Source: Trueperaceae bacterium
GTDB lineage: Bacteria > Deinococcota > Deinococci > Deinococcales > Trueperaceae
DNA length: 64,000 bases
Assembly: GCA_965214405.1 (NCBI GenBank)
Contig: OZ243956.1
Span: 3,968,001-4,032,000, forward strand
Direction of reading: 5' to 3'
In this document: one piece after another, positions 27,666-37,623 of the stretch
Numbering within the stretch: position 1 is the stretch's first letter
How the letters are laid out: each line of letters begins with the position of its first letter
Notes under the pieces: model-generated
What the model was told of the DNA's origin: nothing
The model's input: only the letters and a program-made list of their open reading frames with translations
The model's database searches: none
Translations under genes and position numbers: made by a program

Positions 27666-28847
27666 CTAGGTCTCCTCATCCAGAAAAAGCACGTCCCGAA
27701 TGAGGTCGCGGCTATCCGCGCGGCCTCCCAACGAGCCCGCCAGCGTCCCCAGCGCGGCCACGAAAAGGCTCAGCTTCACGTGGTCGAGCGTGCGCACGGC
27801 GGGGTCTACGGTGGGCCAGGTTTCCATCAGCTTGCGCGGGAAAATCGTGAGGATACCCAGGTAAGCGAGGCCTGCGAAGGCGGCAAAAAGCAAGAGCAGG
27901 GTCAGCAGCAAACTCAGGAGCGTGGCCGCCCCGGTGACCACGCTCGACTCGGCCAAGCGCCGCCCGCGGCGCAGGAGCGCGCCAAAGGCGAAGGCGCGGT
28001 AGAGAACAAAGGTCGCCACCGCCAGCGACGCGGCTGAAAAGAGCACGAGCTGATAGAGTTCGACGGTGCTCGCCACGTCCCACATTTCCGGGCTGAAAAA
28101 CACCACGATGATGACCGAGAGCGCGGCGGTGATCATCGTCGGCAAGCGCGCGAGCAGGCGCAGCGGGTTCGCCCGCACCACCGCGTGCGCGATGCTGCGC
28201 CAATCGCGGTGAAGCGTTCTCCACACGAAGCGCCAGCGGTTTCCATGACTCGTGCGTTCGTGCGCCTCGAGCGGCAGCGCGCGCCGCATCCTCTCATACT
28301 GCGCCTCGCTGAGGCCGTTCATCTCGTCCAAATCCTCCACGTTGCCAAAATCAAACATGATGTTTTCGGGGTCTTCGCTGTGCGGGAGGTTGAGGAGGTG
28401 CCCAAAGGTGTGGAGCAAGAGGTGAAAAAGCCGCGCCACCGCGACGCGTTCGTCCTCCTCTTCGCCCCAAAAGCTGGGCTCTAGGCGCTTCGTCGAGACG
28501 ACGCCGATGTTGGTGAGCTGGCTCGGCAAGGCGAGCGTGTAAGCGAGCGTGGTGGCGGCCAGATCGACCTCGGTCACGATGAGGAGAAAGTGGACGTCGC
28601 GCTCGAGCTTTTCCGTCATGCCGACCCGTAAAAAGTCGAGCGGCGCGTAGCCCCCGCCCGCCGGGGTGAGGTGCGGCCCGGCAAAAGAGAGCAGTTCCAC
28701 CCGCCCGCCCGTTTTGCCGGAAAGCGCCCCCTTCAACTTTTGCACCGCCGCGTCTACGCGCCGCCCGAAGCGTTCGGAAGACTTGCCCTCGACGTCCATT
28801 TTCATGACGCCGATGGTGTATTCGTGCGTGGGTGTGGGTTCAGGCAC
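27666..28847 (-). CDS. Membrane protein with degenerate metzincin-like domain plus about 4 TM helices
   Basis: HTFGHLLNLPH...NIM; hydrophobic C-terminus. Confidence 0.6.
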   Translation of the reverse strand: MPEPTPTHEYTIGVMKMDVEGKSSERFGRRVDAAVQKLKGALSGKTGGRVELLSFAGPHLTPAGGGYAPLDFLRVGMTEKLERDVHFLLIVTEVDLAATTLAYTLALPSQLTNIGVVSTKRLEPSFWGEEEDERVAVARLFHLLLHTFGHLLNLPHSEDPENIMFDFGNVEDLDEMNGLSEAQYERMRRALPLEAHERTSHGNRWRFVWRTLHRDWRSIAHAVVRANPLRLLARLPTMITAALSVIIVVFFSPEMWDVASTVELYQLVLFSAASLAVATFVLYRAFAFGALLRRGRRLAESSVVTGAATLLSLLLTLLLLFAAFAGLAYLGILTIFPRKLMETWPTVDPAVRTLDHVKLSLFVAALGTLAGSLGGRADSRDLIRDVLFLDEET

Positions 28848-29007
28848 GGGGGGTCACTGGGTCAAGTACGCGTTGCATAAAGTTTGTGGGCCTCTTTCAC
28901 GCTTACATGATACCGACAAGCAGGGGCTCGAGTTTTGGCTGAGGAGCGGCGGCATGTTTTTAGAATACCTTAAGGGTGATAGGCGCTGCCGAGTTTGTGC
29001 TATGTAA

Positions 29008-30290
29008 CAATACTTCGGACAGGTATTGAAAAGAAGGAAGCCATCACGCTAGTTTGAATGTGTGATGAAACAAACAGATGATGGCTTGCTAGAGATTATA
29101 GACGAAGCGCTGATAAAGATGCCAGGGGTAGGCAAATGGCAACGAGATTTTCTAAGACAGTTGTTCAGTACCGTGCTGTTGGTGTACGGCAAGCTCAACT
29201 TCAGCAACTTAGCCAGACATAGCGAACTGGATGAGAAAACGTACCGCAGAGGTTTTAGACGAGACTTTGACTTCGAGATGTTCAACCTGCATTGTCTAGG
29301 GCAACGTACTACGAGCGGCGAACTGGTGGCAGCACTAGACGCGAGCTACTTAGCTAAAAGCGGGAAACAGACGTTTGGGCTGGGTAAATTTTACAGTGGC
29401 TGTATAGGTAGGGCAGTAAAAGGCTTAGAGATTAGTGAACTGGCTTTGATTGACCGTGACAGCCGTCAGGCATTTGCTTTTTCAACGAGGCAGACTGTGG
29501 CTAAGGCGGGGAAAAGCCGCGTTGAGCAGTATGCCGAACACGTAGAAGCCTGTGCTGAAACCTTGCCTAAAGAGGTCAACTATCTGCTGGTAGACGGCTA
29601 TTACAGCAAGAAGGGGTTTGTTGACACAGTGTGTGCTCTAGGAAAGCTTGAGGTAGTGGGCAAACTACGCTGTGACGCCAACCTACGCTATCTCTACCGA
29701 GGAGCCTACTGTGGCAAAGGACGCCCTAAACGCTATGATGGCAAGGTTGATTTTGGAGACCTGAGCCGGTTTGTTTATGAGAGCGAAACTGAACCGCAGC
29801 TTCACATCTATACGCAAACCCTTTGGCATGTTGGTTTGAAACGTCTTCTTCGCGTTGTGCTACTGCTCGATACCAGCAAAGCCAAACCTCGTTACATCTT
29901 GCTCTTTTCGACAGACCTGAGTCTTACCGGCAAGGAGATACTAGACCTTTACAAGTTACGCTTCCAAATCGAATTCCTGTTTCGGGATGCTAAACAGTTT
30001 ACAGGTCTTTGTGACTGCCAAGCCAGAGATGCAAAAGCACTTGCCTTTCATTTCAACACCGCTTTATCGGCTGTTAATCTTGCCAAGTTAGACCTTCTAA
30101 ACCAGCAAGAGGGAGAGCAAGCTTTCGTCTTCTCTTTAAGCAGTTACATCCACCGTTCTTTCAGTCACCGACTGCTTTCTCGACTTTTTGCAAGCTTAGA
30201 CTTTGACCTCAGTTGCAATAAAGTTCAGTCCGCTTTTAACCATGCCCTTGCCTTCGGGCTAGCTTGTCCTTAAATCTGTCCGGAGTATTG
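29008..30290 (+). mobile_element. Insertion sequence, 1283 bp (IS4/IS701-clan DDE)
   Basis: IRs CAATACTTCGGACAG / CTGTCCGGAGTATTG; 6-bp TSD ATGTAA at 29002-29007 and 30291-30296. Confidence 0.9.
29062..30273 (+). CDS. DDE transposase
   Basis: ALDASY, LVDGYY, YKLRFQIEFLFRDAKQ. Confidence 0.9.
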   Translation: MMKQTDDGLLEIIDEALIKMPGVGKWQRDFLRQLFSTVLLVYGKLNFSNLARHSELDEKTYRRGFRRDFDFEMFNLHCLGQRTTSGELVAALDASYLAKSGKQTFGLGKFYSGCIGRAVKGLEISELALIDRDSRQAFAFSTRQTVAKAGKSRVEQYAEHVEACAETLPKEVNYLLVDGYYSKKGFVDTVCALGKLEVVGKLRCDANLRYLYRGAYCGKGRPKRYDGKVDFGDLSRFVYESETEPQLHIYTQTLWHVGLKRLLRVVLLLDTSKAKPRYILLFSTDLSLTGKEILDLYKLRFQIEFLFRDAKQFTGLCDCQARDAKALAFHFNTALSAVNLAKLDLLNQQEGEQAFVFSLSSYIHRSFSHRLLSRLFASLDFDLSCNKVQSAFNHALAFGLACP

Positions 30291-30318
30291 ATGTAAGTAA
30301 TTGTAAGATAAACGAACA

Positions 30319-30945
30319 GTGCTCGAGTTACTGCCACATTTCCCGCGCTTAGCTACCAAAGAGTTGGTAGCTCTTTACATCTCAAAAGAAAGTCAGCCAA
30401 ACAATAAAGTTCAGCTAAGAGTTGTTGTTGATGAATCGAACCTAAGCTTACGTGACTTTGCAGCATATCTCAATCTAGTTGATAGAACTTATGGTCGCTT
30501 GAGCCCAGAGGGAATATACAGCTACGCTCAAAGCCCCCAGCAACACGTTAAAATATCGAAGGTCACCCTTGGCTCGCTTGAAATCACCATCACAGAATTA
30601 GTGTCAAATTTTTCCGGTGCCCGTGCATTAGTTCTTATTGGATTGATGCTTAAATATCTCCCAGGTATTATAGAAAAAACTTCTACCGCATACAAAAACT
30701 ACGAGGAGGGAAGATTAACTCGAGTTCAAAGAAAACAGCTACGTTTTCAGATGCAAAAAGACGAGGTTGTAAGTCAGTTAAGTAATGAGAGACAAAATCA
30801 GCTAATAAAGCTGATCAACCAACTGTATAGTTTCGAGGAAGGCAACCTTACAAAAGCCCAACGCTTCGATTCTGAGAGCGTTCAAGATATTTATATTGAA
30901 GTGGCAGATAAACCTGCTGGTACTTCTAGTGATGAGGGACTTTGA
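30319..30945 (+). CDS. Hypothetical protein, low GC
   Basis: 208-aa ORF in AT-rich DNA, no recognised motif. Confidence 0.6.
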   Translation: MLELLPHFPRLATKELVALYISKESQPNNKVQLRVVVDESNLSLRDFAAYLNLVDRTYGRLSPEGIYSYAQSPQQHVKISKVTLGSLEITITELVSNFSGARALVLIGLMLKYLPGIIEKTSTAYKNYEEGRLTRVQRKQLRFQMQKDEVVSQLSNERQNQLIKLINQLYSFEEGNLTKAQRFDSESVQDIYIEVADKPAGTSSDEGL

Positions 30946-30951
30946 GTCAAC

Positions 30952-31275
30952 CTACTCCAGACGGGCGCGTAGCCGCTTACGTAACTCCGCCTGGGGAAAC
31001 ACGCTCATCACCTTTTGATACGCCTCTTCGGACAGCGCTTCCTGAGTTTCTAAATATTCATCTACGTCAGCTTGATTAAGCAGGTAAAAACTCAAAACCG
31101 CGTGAATATCTGCAAGTTTGAGCGTCGGGTAGTCCAAAGCCACCTCTTCAGCCGTCGCGCCGTTGCGGTAAGCGTAGATGAGGAGGTCTATAGGTACCCG
31201 GCTCCCCGTCACCCGCAGAACGCCGTGCTCGTCCTCTTGTAGAGGCAGAGTGAGGGGCTCGAGCGCGATTGCCAT
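30952..31275 (-). CDS. DUF433-family protein (antitoxin-like)
   Basis: RVTGSRVPID, GATAEEV..DYPTL. Confidence 0.82.
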   Translation of the reverse strand: MAIALEPLTLPLQEDEHGVLRVTGSRVPIDLLIYAYRNGATAEEVALDYPTLKLADIHAVLSFYLLNQADVDEYLETQEALSEEAYQKVMSVFPQAELRKRLRARLE

Positions 31276-31338
31276 ACAAAAAATATAGCATGACCCGTAT
31301 GTCCTTGCTTCTGCTTTACTGCTGCGCCCCCTTCAAGC

Positions 31339-32142
31339 TCAACCAAACGCCGTCTGCACTGCCCCACCGTCCACCCGGTAATTCGCCCCGTCCACATACA
31401 TCGCCAAATCAGAGCACAAAAAGGCGATCACACTGGCAATCTCTTGAGGCTTGCCGCGCCGGTCAAAGTTGATGCCGGGGCGTTTCTCCTCCAAAAAGCT
31501 CTGAACGGCCTCGTCCACACTTGTATCCATTTTCTCCGCCCGCTGCTCCATCATCTTGTCGGTCATGGGCGTCTTAACGTACGCGGGCGACACGACGTTG
31601 ACGTGGACGCCGTCTTTGCCGTACGCCTTGGAGAGCCCCTTGGTGAGATTGACGACGCCCGCTTTGGCGGCGTTGTAGGGCGTTTCTTCCACATAAGGCT
31701 GCACCGCGTTTTCCGACGCGGTCAGGACGATGCGCCCGTAACCGCGCTCACGCATCCCCGGAATAAAAGCGCGGCAGACGCGCACCGCGCTCATCAGGTC
31801 GGTGTTGAGCGTGTCCAGCCAGCCCTCGTCGGTGAGCTCCAAAAAGTCCCCCGCCGCGCCCCGCGTGCCTGCAAGGTGCGCCAGCACGGCGGCTCCCCCG
31901 AGTTCGTCGGCTTTGCTAAGGAGTTTTTGTACGTCCTCTAAATTGGTTAGGTCGGCGACAACACTGTAAACCTCGGCACCCTTCTGTTTAACTTGATTTA
32001 TAGCCTTCTCGAGCGACGCCTCATTCATGTCGGTCATGAGCACCCTGGCACCCTCGGTCGCCAACGTCATCACGGTGTGTAGGCCGATACCCGAGTCCGC
32101 CCCGGTCACGACTGCCAATCGTCCGTTAAATCCTAAATCCAT
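31339..32142 (-). CDS. SDR oxidoreductase
   Basis: TGADSGIG, YNAAK, DGG. Confidence 0.92.
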   Translation of the reverse strand: MDLGFNGRLAVVTGADSGIGLHTVMTLATEGARVLMTDMNEASLEKAINQVKQKGAEVYSVVADLTNLEDVQKLLSKADELGGAAVLAHLAGTRGAAGDFLELTDEGWLDTLNTDLMSAVRVCRAFIPGMRERGYGRIVLTASENAVQPYVEETPYNAAKAGVVNLTKGLSKAYGKDGVHVNVVSPAYVKTPMTDKMMEQRAEKMDTSVDEAVQSFLEEKRPGINFDRRGKPQEIASVIAFLCSDLAMYVDGANYRVDGGAVQTAFG

Positions 32143-32435
32143 GTGAAAATTTTACGTAGCTTGCGGCTCGAGCATTCGGTGCTACGCTATGGTTTGAGTT
32201 GTGGTTTATGCCGTGATGAGCGCGCCTCGAGCCGAGTTTTACAGTTCCTTATCAAGCGGCCCGTAGAAGGTGGGGCTACCGTGCGAACGGGGGCTGGGCG
32301 GATATGATGGGGAGGTCGCTCACCCAGAGCGGCGGGAGGGAGCGACGATTCGCACCTTTTATGTGTATCATGTGTAACGACAGAAATGACAAAAATCTTG
32401 ATGACAGGGGCTATCCCAACCGCGGAACTGGAGCT

Positions 32436-33968
32436 GTGAAAGGGCGTAGTCGTGGGTTTTACCGTGGCGTCAACTTTTTGGGTCTACTGGCGCTCCTTCA
32501 GCTCCTCCTTTTAGCGGGGGCGCAGGTTTCGCCCCTGCCGGTTGAGGAGGCTGCTCCTGGTGACGTCACCTTTGCGAGGGCGCTGGCGCTGGCGCTGGAG
32601 AGTCCGGCGGTGGCGCTTGCTGAAACGAATTTGGACTTTGCGCGGCGTCAGCTCGAGGTGGTGGCCTCACCTTTGGCGGCGGAGCTTTCGGGCGGCTATA
32701 CGCGGACGCGGGGGGCGCTCGAGTCGCCCGTTTTTCCCGAGGCGGAGAGCTTGAGCGAGTCGGGTTTGGACCCGCTGGCGCTCACCGCGACGTTAAATGT
32801 GGTGCCTTTCGGGCCGCGCTATGACAACGCGCAGCGGGCGCGCTGGAGCGTCTTGCAGGCCGAGAGCGCGGCGCGTGACGCGCGGGCCGACGCGCTTTTA
32901 GACGCGTCCGGGCGTTACCTCGCGGCGCTCCGCGCGGGGCAGACGGTGGCGCTGCGCCGCGCGGAGGCCGACCAGGCCGCCGAGAGCCTGACGGCCACGC
33001 GCACCCGGCGTGAGGCGGGCGCGGCGAATGACCTCGAGGTCGCGCAGGCAGAAGTCGCCCTGAGTCAGGCGCAGAGCGACCTGGCGGAGGCGCAGCGGAG
33101 CGAGGTTCAGGCGCTGTCCGCGTTGTCGCTGACCCTGGGCGTGCCGGTGGCGGCGGTTGCGGGCGAGCCGGGCGCGAATCGTACGGTCGGTGATGTGGTG
33201 GCCGGTGGGCAAGACGGCAGCGTACAAAACGCGAGCTCCGAGTCTCTTTTGCAGGGCGAGAACGTTCAGGACGCAGCCAGCACGGTCTCCACCGAAGAGA
33301 ACCCTTCCGCAGACGTTCTGGCGGCGCGTAGCGACGTGCAAAACGCGCAGCTAAACGTGCTCGAGCAAGAACTCACCGCGCAGGCCACGCTGCGCGACAA
33401 TCTGCCGAACGGGTCGCTGAGTTTGGGTTACACCCGCAACGTCAACACGCGGGCGCTCCAGGTGGGCGCGGCTTACAGCACGAGCGGCCCCAACGGGTAT
33501 CAGCCCGCGCTGTCGTTTTCTTATGATCCCAACGCCCAAAGTTTGCTGGCTGAGGCCGAGTCCAGGGCCAACAACGTGAGCGTCAATTTGAGTGTAAGCG
33601 TCCCGCTCGACGTGCGACTTTCGGCGGCGCTCAGGGCGGCGCGGCTGAACGTGGACGCGAGCCGGATGCAAGCCGAGCGCGTGGTGGAACTCGCCCGGCT
33701 CGAGGTCACGGGCGCACAAGACAGCGTCGCGGCGGCGAGCGCGAGTTTAGAGGTGGCCCAGAACCTGCTCGAGCAGAGCCGCGCGGCCTTGGAGGCGACC
33801 CAGAGCCGTTTCGACTTGGGCCTCATCTCCCCCTTAGAGCTTTCGCAGGCCAGAATAGACGCGGCGGAAGCGGAACTCACCTACGCGCGCGCCGAAGACG
33901 CGCTCCTTAGCGCGCGGCTCGAGCTCGCCCGCGCGCTCGCGCTGGACCCCCTGGAGGTATTTCGATGA
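32436..33968 (+). CDS. TolC-family outer-membrane efflux protein
   Basis: Signal peptide, coiled-coil repeats, RFDLGLIS.LEL; start uncertain (32304-32436). Confidence 0.78.
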   Translation: MKGRSRGFYRGVNFLGLLALLQLLLLAGAQVSPLPVEEAAPGDVTFARALALALESPAVALAETNLDFARRQLEVVASPLAAELSGGYTRTRGALESPVFPEAESLSESGLDPLALTATLNVVPFGPRYDNAQRARWSVLQAESAARDARADALLDASGRYLAALRAGQTVALRRAEADQAAESLTATRTRREAGAANDLEVAQAEVALSQAQSDLAEAQRSEVQALSALSLTLGVPVAAVAGEPGANRTVGDVVAGGQDGSVQNASSESLLQGENVQDAASTVSTEENPSADVLAARSDVQNAQLNVLEQELTAQATLRDNLPNGSLSLGYTRNVNTRALQVGAAYSTSGPNGYQPALSFSYDPNAQSLLAEAESRANNVSVNLSVSVPLDVRLSAALRAARLNVDASRMQAERVVELARLEVTGAQDSVAAASASLEVAQNLLEQSRAALEATQSRFDLGLISPLELSQARIDAAEAELTYARAEDALLSARLELARALALDPLEVFR

Positions 33969-35221
33969 GCAAGTGGTTGGTTTTCACGTTTAATTCGCCT
34001 CGTTCAGCGTGTTGTGAAGCAGATTTGCTGGATACGGGGAAGAAGCTCGAGGATAACAAACACGAAGCGCGGCGCGTCCGTAGAGGCGTCCAAAATGGGC
34101 TGAGGTGCGGCGCGGTCACGCTTTTGCTCGCGTCGGTTACGCTTACGCCTCTCGCGGCTGCTCAGAGTGGCGGGGCGCAAGACGGGGTCACGGGTGGTGC
34201 CGTCACAGGGGGTGCCGTTACAGAGGAGGCGACGGGCGGGGCCACAGAGGGTGAGGTTTCGCTGACGCTCGCCGAGGCGGTGGACGCTGCCTTGGCCGCG
34301 GACGCCGAGGTGGTGTCCGCCCAGGCCGACCTCGCCGCCGCCGAGCGCGACCAGGCGCGCACCGAGGCCGACCCGTTAAGCTTGCGGCTGCCGCGGGTGA
34401 GGGCGGCGCAAGGCGTCGTGAGCGCGCAAGACGCGCTCGAGGCCGCCCGCTTATCCGCCCAAAGCTCCGTCGCCGACGCGTATTACACGGCGTTGGAGGC
34501 CGACGACACGCTGGCGCTCGCCAGGCAGCAGCAAGACATCGCCGAGACGACCTTGCAGGCGCAGAGGATCCGCTTAGAGGCCGGGGCCGCCACGCAACTC
34601 GACGTGGACCGCGCGCAAAACGACCTCGCTAGCGCGCAGCGGAATGTGGCGGACGCGCAGGAGGCCAGAAACTTGGCCTACAACGACCTCGCCAGCCAGA
34701 TCGGGGGGAGCGCCGAGGGGCTCACCTTGCAAGAGGACGAGACGACGGCGGAGGTGCCCGCGCTCGACGCCGTGCTCGCCCGCTTGGATGACAACGCGCA
34801 ACTCCGCGCCGCCGAGCAGGGGGTCGAGCTGGCCCAGGTGAGCCTCGAGGCCGTCGACAACGCCTTTAGCCCGAGGGCCGACATTGAGGCCGCGCAGGAC
34901 ACGCTCAACAGCGCGCAAACGCAGCTCCAGGAGGTGCGGCGCAGCCTCGAGCTGGCCGTGCGCGGGAGCTACAACGCGGTCGTGGCCGCGCAGGGGCGTT
35001 TAGAGAGCGCTCTGGCCAACCTCGCCACCTCCGAAGAAACGTTGAGCGCCCAACAGGTGCGCTTCGACGCGGGCAGCATCTCCCGTCTGGACTTTGAGAA
35101 CGCCCAGCTCGAGCGCGCCAACACCGTCGCCGCCGCCGCCGCCGCCCGGCACAGCCTCGCCGAGGCGCTGTTGCAGCTCGAGAGCACCGTGCAAGGAAGC
35201 GCGCAAGGCGGCGGGCCGTGA
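33965..35221 (+). CDS. TolC-family outer-membrane efflux protein, second
   Basis: LTLAEAV..AL, RLEAGAATQLD, RFDAGSISRLD. Confidence 0.8.
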   Translation: MSKWLVFTFNSPRSACCEADLLDTGKKLEDNKHEARRVRRGVQNGLRCGAVTLLLASVTLTPLAAAQSGGAQDGVTGGAVTGGAVTEEATGGATEGEVSLTLAEAVDAALAADAEVVSAQADLAAAERDQARTEADPLSLRLPRVRAAQGVVSAQDALEAARLSAQSSVADAYYTALEADDTLALARQQQDIAETTLQAQRIRLEAGAATQLDVDRAQNDLASAQRNVADAQEARNLAYNDLASQIGGSAEGLTLQEDETTAEVPALDAVLARLDDNAQLRAAEQGVELAQVSLEAVDNAFSPRADIEAAQDTLNSAQTQLQEVRRSLELAVRGSYNAVVAAQGRLESALANLATSEETLSAQQVRFDAGSISRLDFENAQLERANTVAAAAAARHSLAEALLQLESTVQGSAQGGGP

Positions 35222-35289
35222 GAACGAGGCGTGGATGAAGGCGCAAATGAGACTGAAAAAGGTGAAGAACGCTCGAGTGAGGGTGCAGG

Positions 35290-36675
35290 ATGAAAGACCG
35301 TAGGGGCGCCGCCCGGCGCTGGCTGCTTATCATCGTGGCGGTCGTGGTGGTCGCCGGGGTTGCGTTCGTCTTTTTGCGCCGCAGCAGCGCTCCGCAGGGC
35401 GCGCGCACCGCGGTCGAGCGGGTGACGGCGGGGGAGTTTACCCGCGACGTGTCGGGCACGGGCGTGGTCGAGGCGGCGCAGGAGCGCACGCTGACGTTTG
35501 GCATGAGCGGGACCGTCGCCGAGATTCCGGTTCAGGAGGGCGCGCGCGTGGCGGCGGGGGCGGTGTTGGCAAGCCTGGACACCGCCGCCTTAGAGCGCGA
35601 TTTGGCTTCCAATCAGGCGAGCTTGGCCTCGGCGCAGGCCGACGCGCGGCGCTTGGCGGCGCAGCAGAGGGTGGATGAGCTCGACACCGCGAGCGGCGTT
35701 GACACCGCCAGGAGCAGCTTAGAAAACGCTCGAGAAGCCCTCCGCGAGGCCCAGACCTCGCTCTCGACCACCCAGCGGCTTTTTGACGCGGGCGCGACCT
35801 CGCAGAGTGACCTCACCGCCGCCCAGGACGCCGCCGCGCAGGCGCAGCGGGCGGTGAGCCAGGCGGAGGCCGCGCTGCAAACCGCGGAGAGCCGCAACGC
35901 CTCGTTCGCGCAACTCTCAGACGCGCAGACGAGTTCTTCGGAGGCGACGATTGCAGGCTTAGAAACCACCATCGCCAACTTACAGGAGAATTTGGGCGAG
36001 GCGACCTTAACCGCGCCTTTCGCGGGCGTGGTGAGCAGCGTCGGCTTTGACGTGGGCGACCAGGTAAGCGCGGCGGGTGGCGCGGCAGTTACGCTGGTGG
36101 ACACCTCGAGCCTGAGCGTCAAAGCCGACTTCGACGAGAACCGGGCTTTAGAACTCGCCGCAGGCCAGAGCGCCTCAATTGTCCCCGACGCCGACACCAA
36201 CCGCTCCTTTGAGGCGGTCGTGCGCCGCGTGAGCCCCGTCGCCAACCGCGACGGCAGCGCCGCGCAGGTCGAGGCCGAGTTGGACTTTACCGGCGGCGCG
36301 CAAGGAGCCGTGGACGCGGGCCTCATTAAACCCGGCTACACCGTGACCGCGCGCGTGACCGTCAACGATATCGAAAACACGCTGCTCGTGCCGCTCGAGG
36401 CCGTCAGCGAAGAGGACAACACGAACTGGGTCTACAAAGTGACCCAGAGCGCCCCCGGTGAAGGCGTTGCTGAGCGCGTGACCTTAGACGTTTTGGACCG
36501 CAACGCCACCCTCGCCGCGGCGCAGAGCGACGACTTAAACGCGGGCGACCTCATCGCGGTCATCAACTTGGACACGCTCGAGGACGGCGGCCCCGTCCAG
36601 TACGACCCCCTGACCGACGACGCGGGCGCGACGGCAGACGGGACGAGCGGGGGAAACGCGGAGGCCACGCAATGA
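35290..36675 (+). CDS. Periplasmic adaptor (MacA/HlyD-like)
   Basis: TM anchor, SGTV.EI.V.EG, hairpin, APFAGVV, PGYTV. Confidence 0.9.
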   Translation: MKDRRGAARRWLLIIVAVVVVAGVAFVFLRRSSAPQGARTAVERVTAGEFTRDVSGTGVVEAAQERTLTFGMSGTVAEIPVQEGARVAAGAVLASLDTAALERDLASNQASLASAQADARRLAAQQRVDELDTASGVDTARSSLENAREALREAQTSLSTTQRLFDAGATSQSDLTAAQDAAAQAQRAVSQAEAALQTAESRNASFAQLSDAQTSSSEATIAGLETTIANLQENLGEATLTAPFAGVVSSVGFDVGDQVSAAGGAAVTLVDTSSLSVKADFDENRALELAAGQSASIVPDADTNRSFEAVVRRVSPVANRDGSAAQVEAELDFTGGAQGAVDAGLIKPGYTVTARVTVNDIENTLLVPLEAVSEEDNTNWVYKVTQSAPGEGVAERVTLDVLDRNATLAAAQSDDLNAGDLIAVINLDTLEDGGPVQYDPLTDDAGATADGTSGGNAEATQ

Positions 36676-37508
36676 GCCGCGCCACGACCCGACCTAAAGC
36701 CCCTGTAACGGAAGGCAGAGCAAATTCCTCTGAAAGCGCAACAGCGCCGAGTCAGGACCAACCGGACAAAAACCAAACGGATAAAAGTACCGTCATCTCG
36801 GCGCAAGAACTCCGTAAAATCTACCGCTTAGAGGGCGGATTGGAAGTTCACGCGCTGCGCGGGTTGGACCTGCAAATCGGGCGCGGCGAATACGTCGCCA
36901 TCATGGGACCTTCCGGCTCGGGTAAATCGACGCTGCTGCAAATTTTGGGTTGTCTGGACACCCCGACAAGCGGCTCCTACAAACTCGCGGGTGAAGAGGT
37001 CTCGGGGCTTTCTGAAGACGAACTCTCGACCATCCGCAACCGCCGCATCGGCTTTATCTTTCAGGCTTACAACCTTCTTTCCAGGGCCGACGCGCTGCAC
37101 AACGTGGCGTTGCCGCTGATGTACCGCGGCACCCCGCCGCGCGAGCGCACCGCGCTTGCTAAAGAGGCGCTTGCTCGAGTGGGACTCTCCAACCGTTTAG
37201 ACCACCGCCCCAACCAGCTCTCGGGCGGTCAAAAGCAGCGCGTCGCCATCGCCCGCGCGCTCGCCACCGACCCCGACATCCTGTTGGCCGACGAACCGAC
37301 CGGCAACCTAGACAGCCGCACCGGCGAAGAAATCCTCGGGCTATTCGCCGAGCTCCACGAAGAAGGCCGCACCGTCGTCATGGTCACGCACGAGCAAGAC
37401 GTGGCCGAACACTGCCAAAAAATCGTGCGCGTCCTAGACGGCCAGGTCGAGCGCGTTGAGACGGTACAAGAGCGCCGCCACGCGGTGTTCACGGGAGACA
37501 TCCCGTAA
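36672..37508 (+). CDS. ABC transporter ATP-binding protein (MacB/LolD-like)
   Basis: [29 protein letters not shown]. Confidence 0.95.
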   Translation: MSRATTRPKAPVTEGRANSSESATAPSQDQPDKNQTDKSTVISAQELRKIYRLEGGLEVHALRGLDLQIGRGEYVAIMGPSGSGKSTLLQILGCLDTPTSGSYKLAGEEVSGLSEDELSTIRNRRIGFIFQAYNLLSRADALHNVALPLMYRGTPPRERTALAKEALARVGLSNRLDHRPNQLSGGQKQRVAIARALATDPDILLADEPTGNLDSRTGEEILGLFAELHEEGRTVVMVTHEQDVAEHCQKIVRVLDGQVERVETVQERRHAVFTGDIP

Positions 37509-37623
37509 ACGTTCAGGCGAGAAGAGGAAGTGTAGAAGGTATCTCTGTATTCTCCTCCAGCACGTTTTGGGTAGCTCCTCAGTGATTTTTGTAAAAGGAC
37601 TCCAACTATTTTAGAGGTGTCTT

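Noticed and set aside
23010..30945. Integrative element at tRNA-Val
   Set aside because: No integrase and no duplicated tRNA 3' end seen; downstream genes have host-like GC
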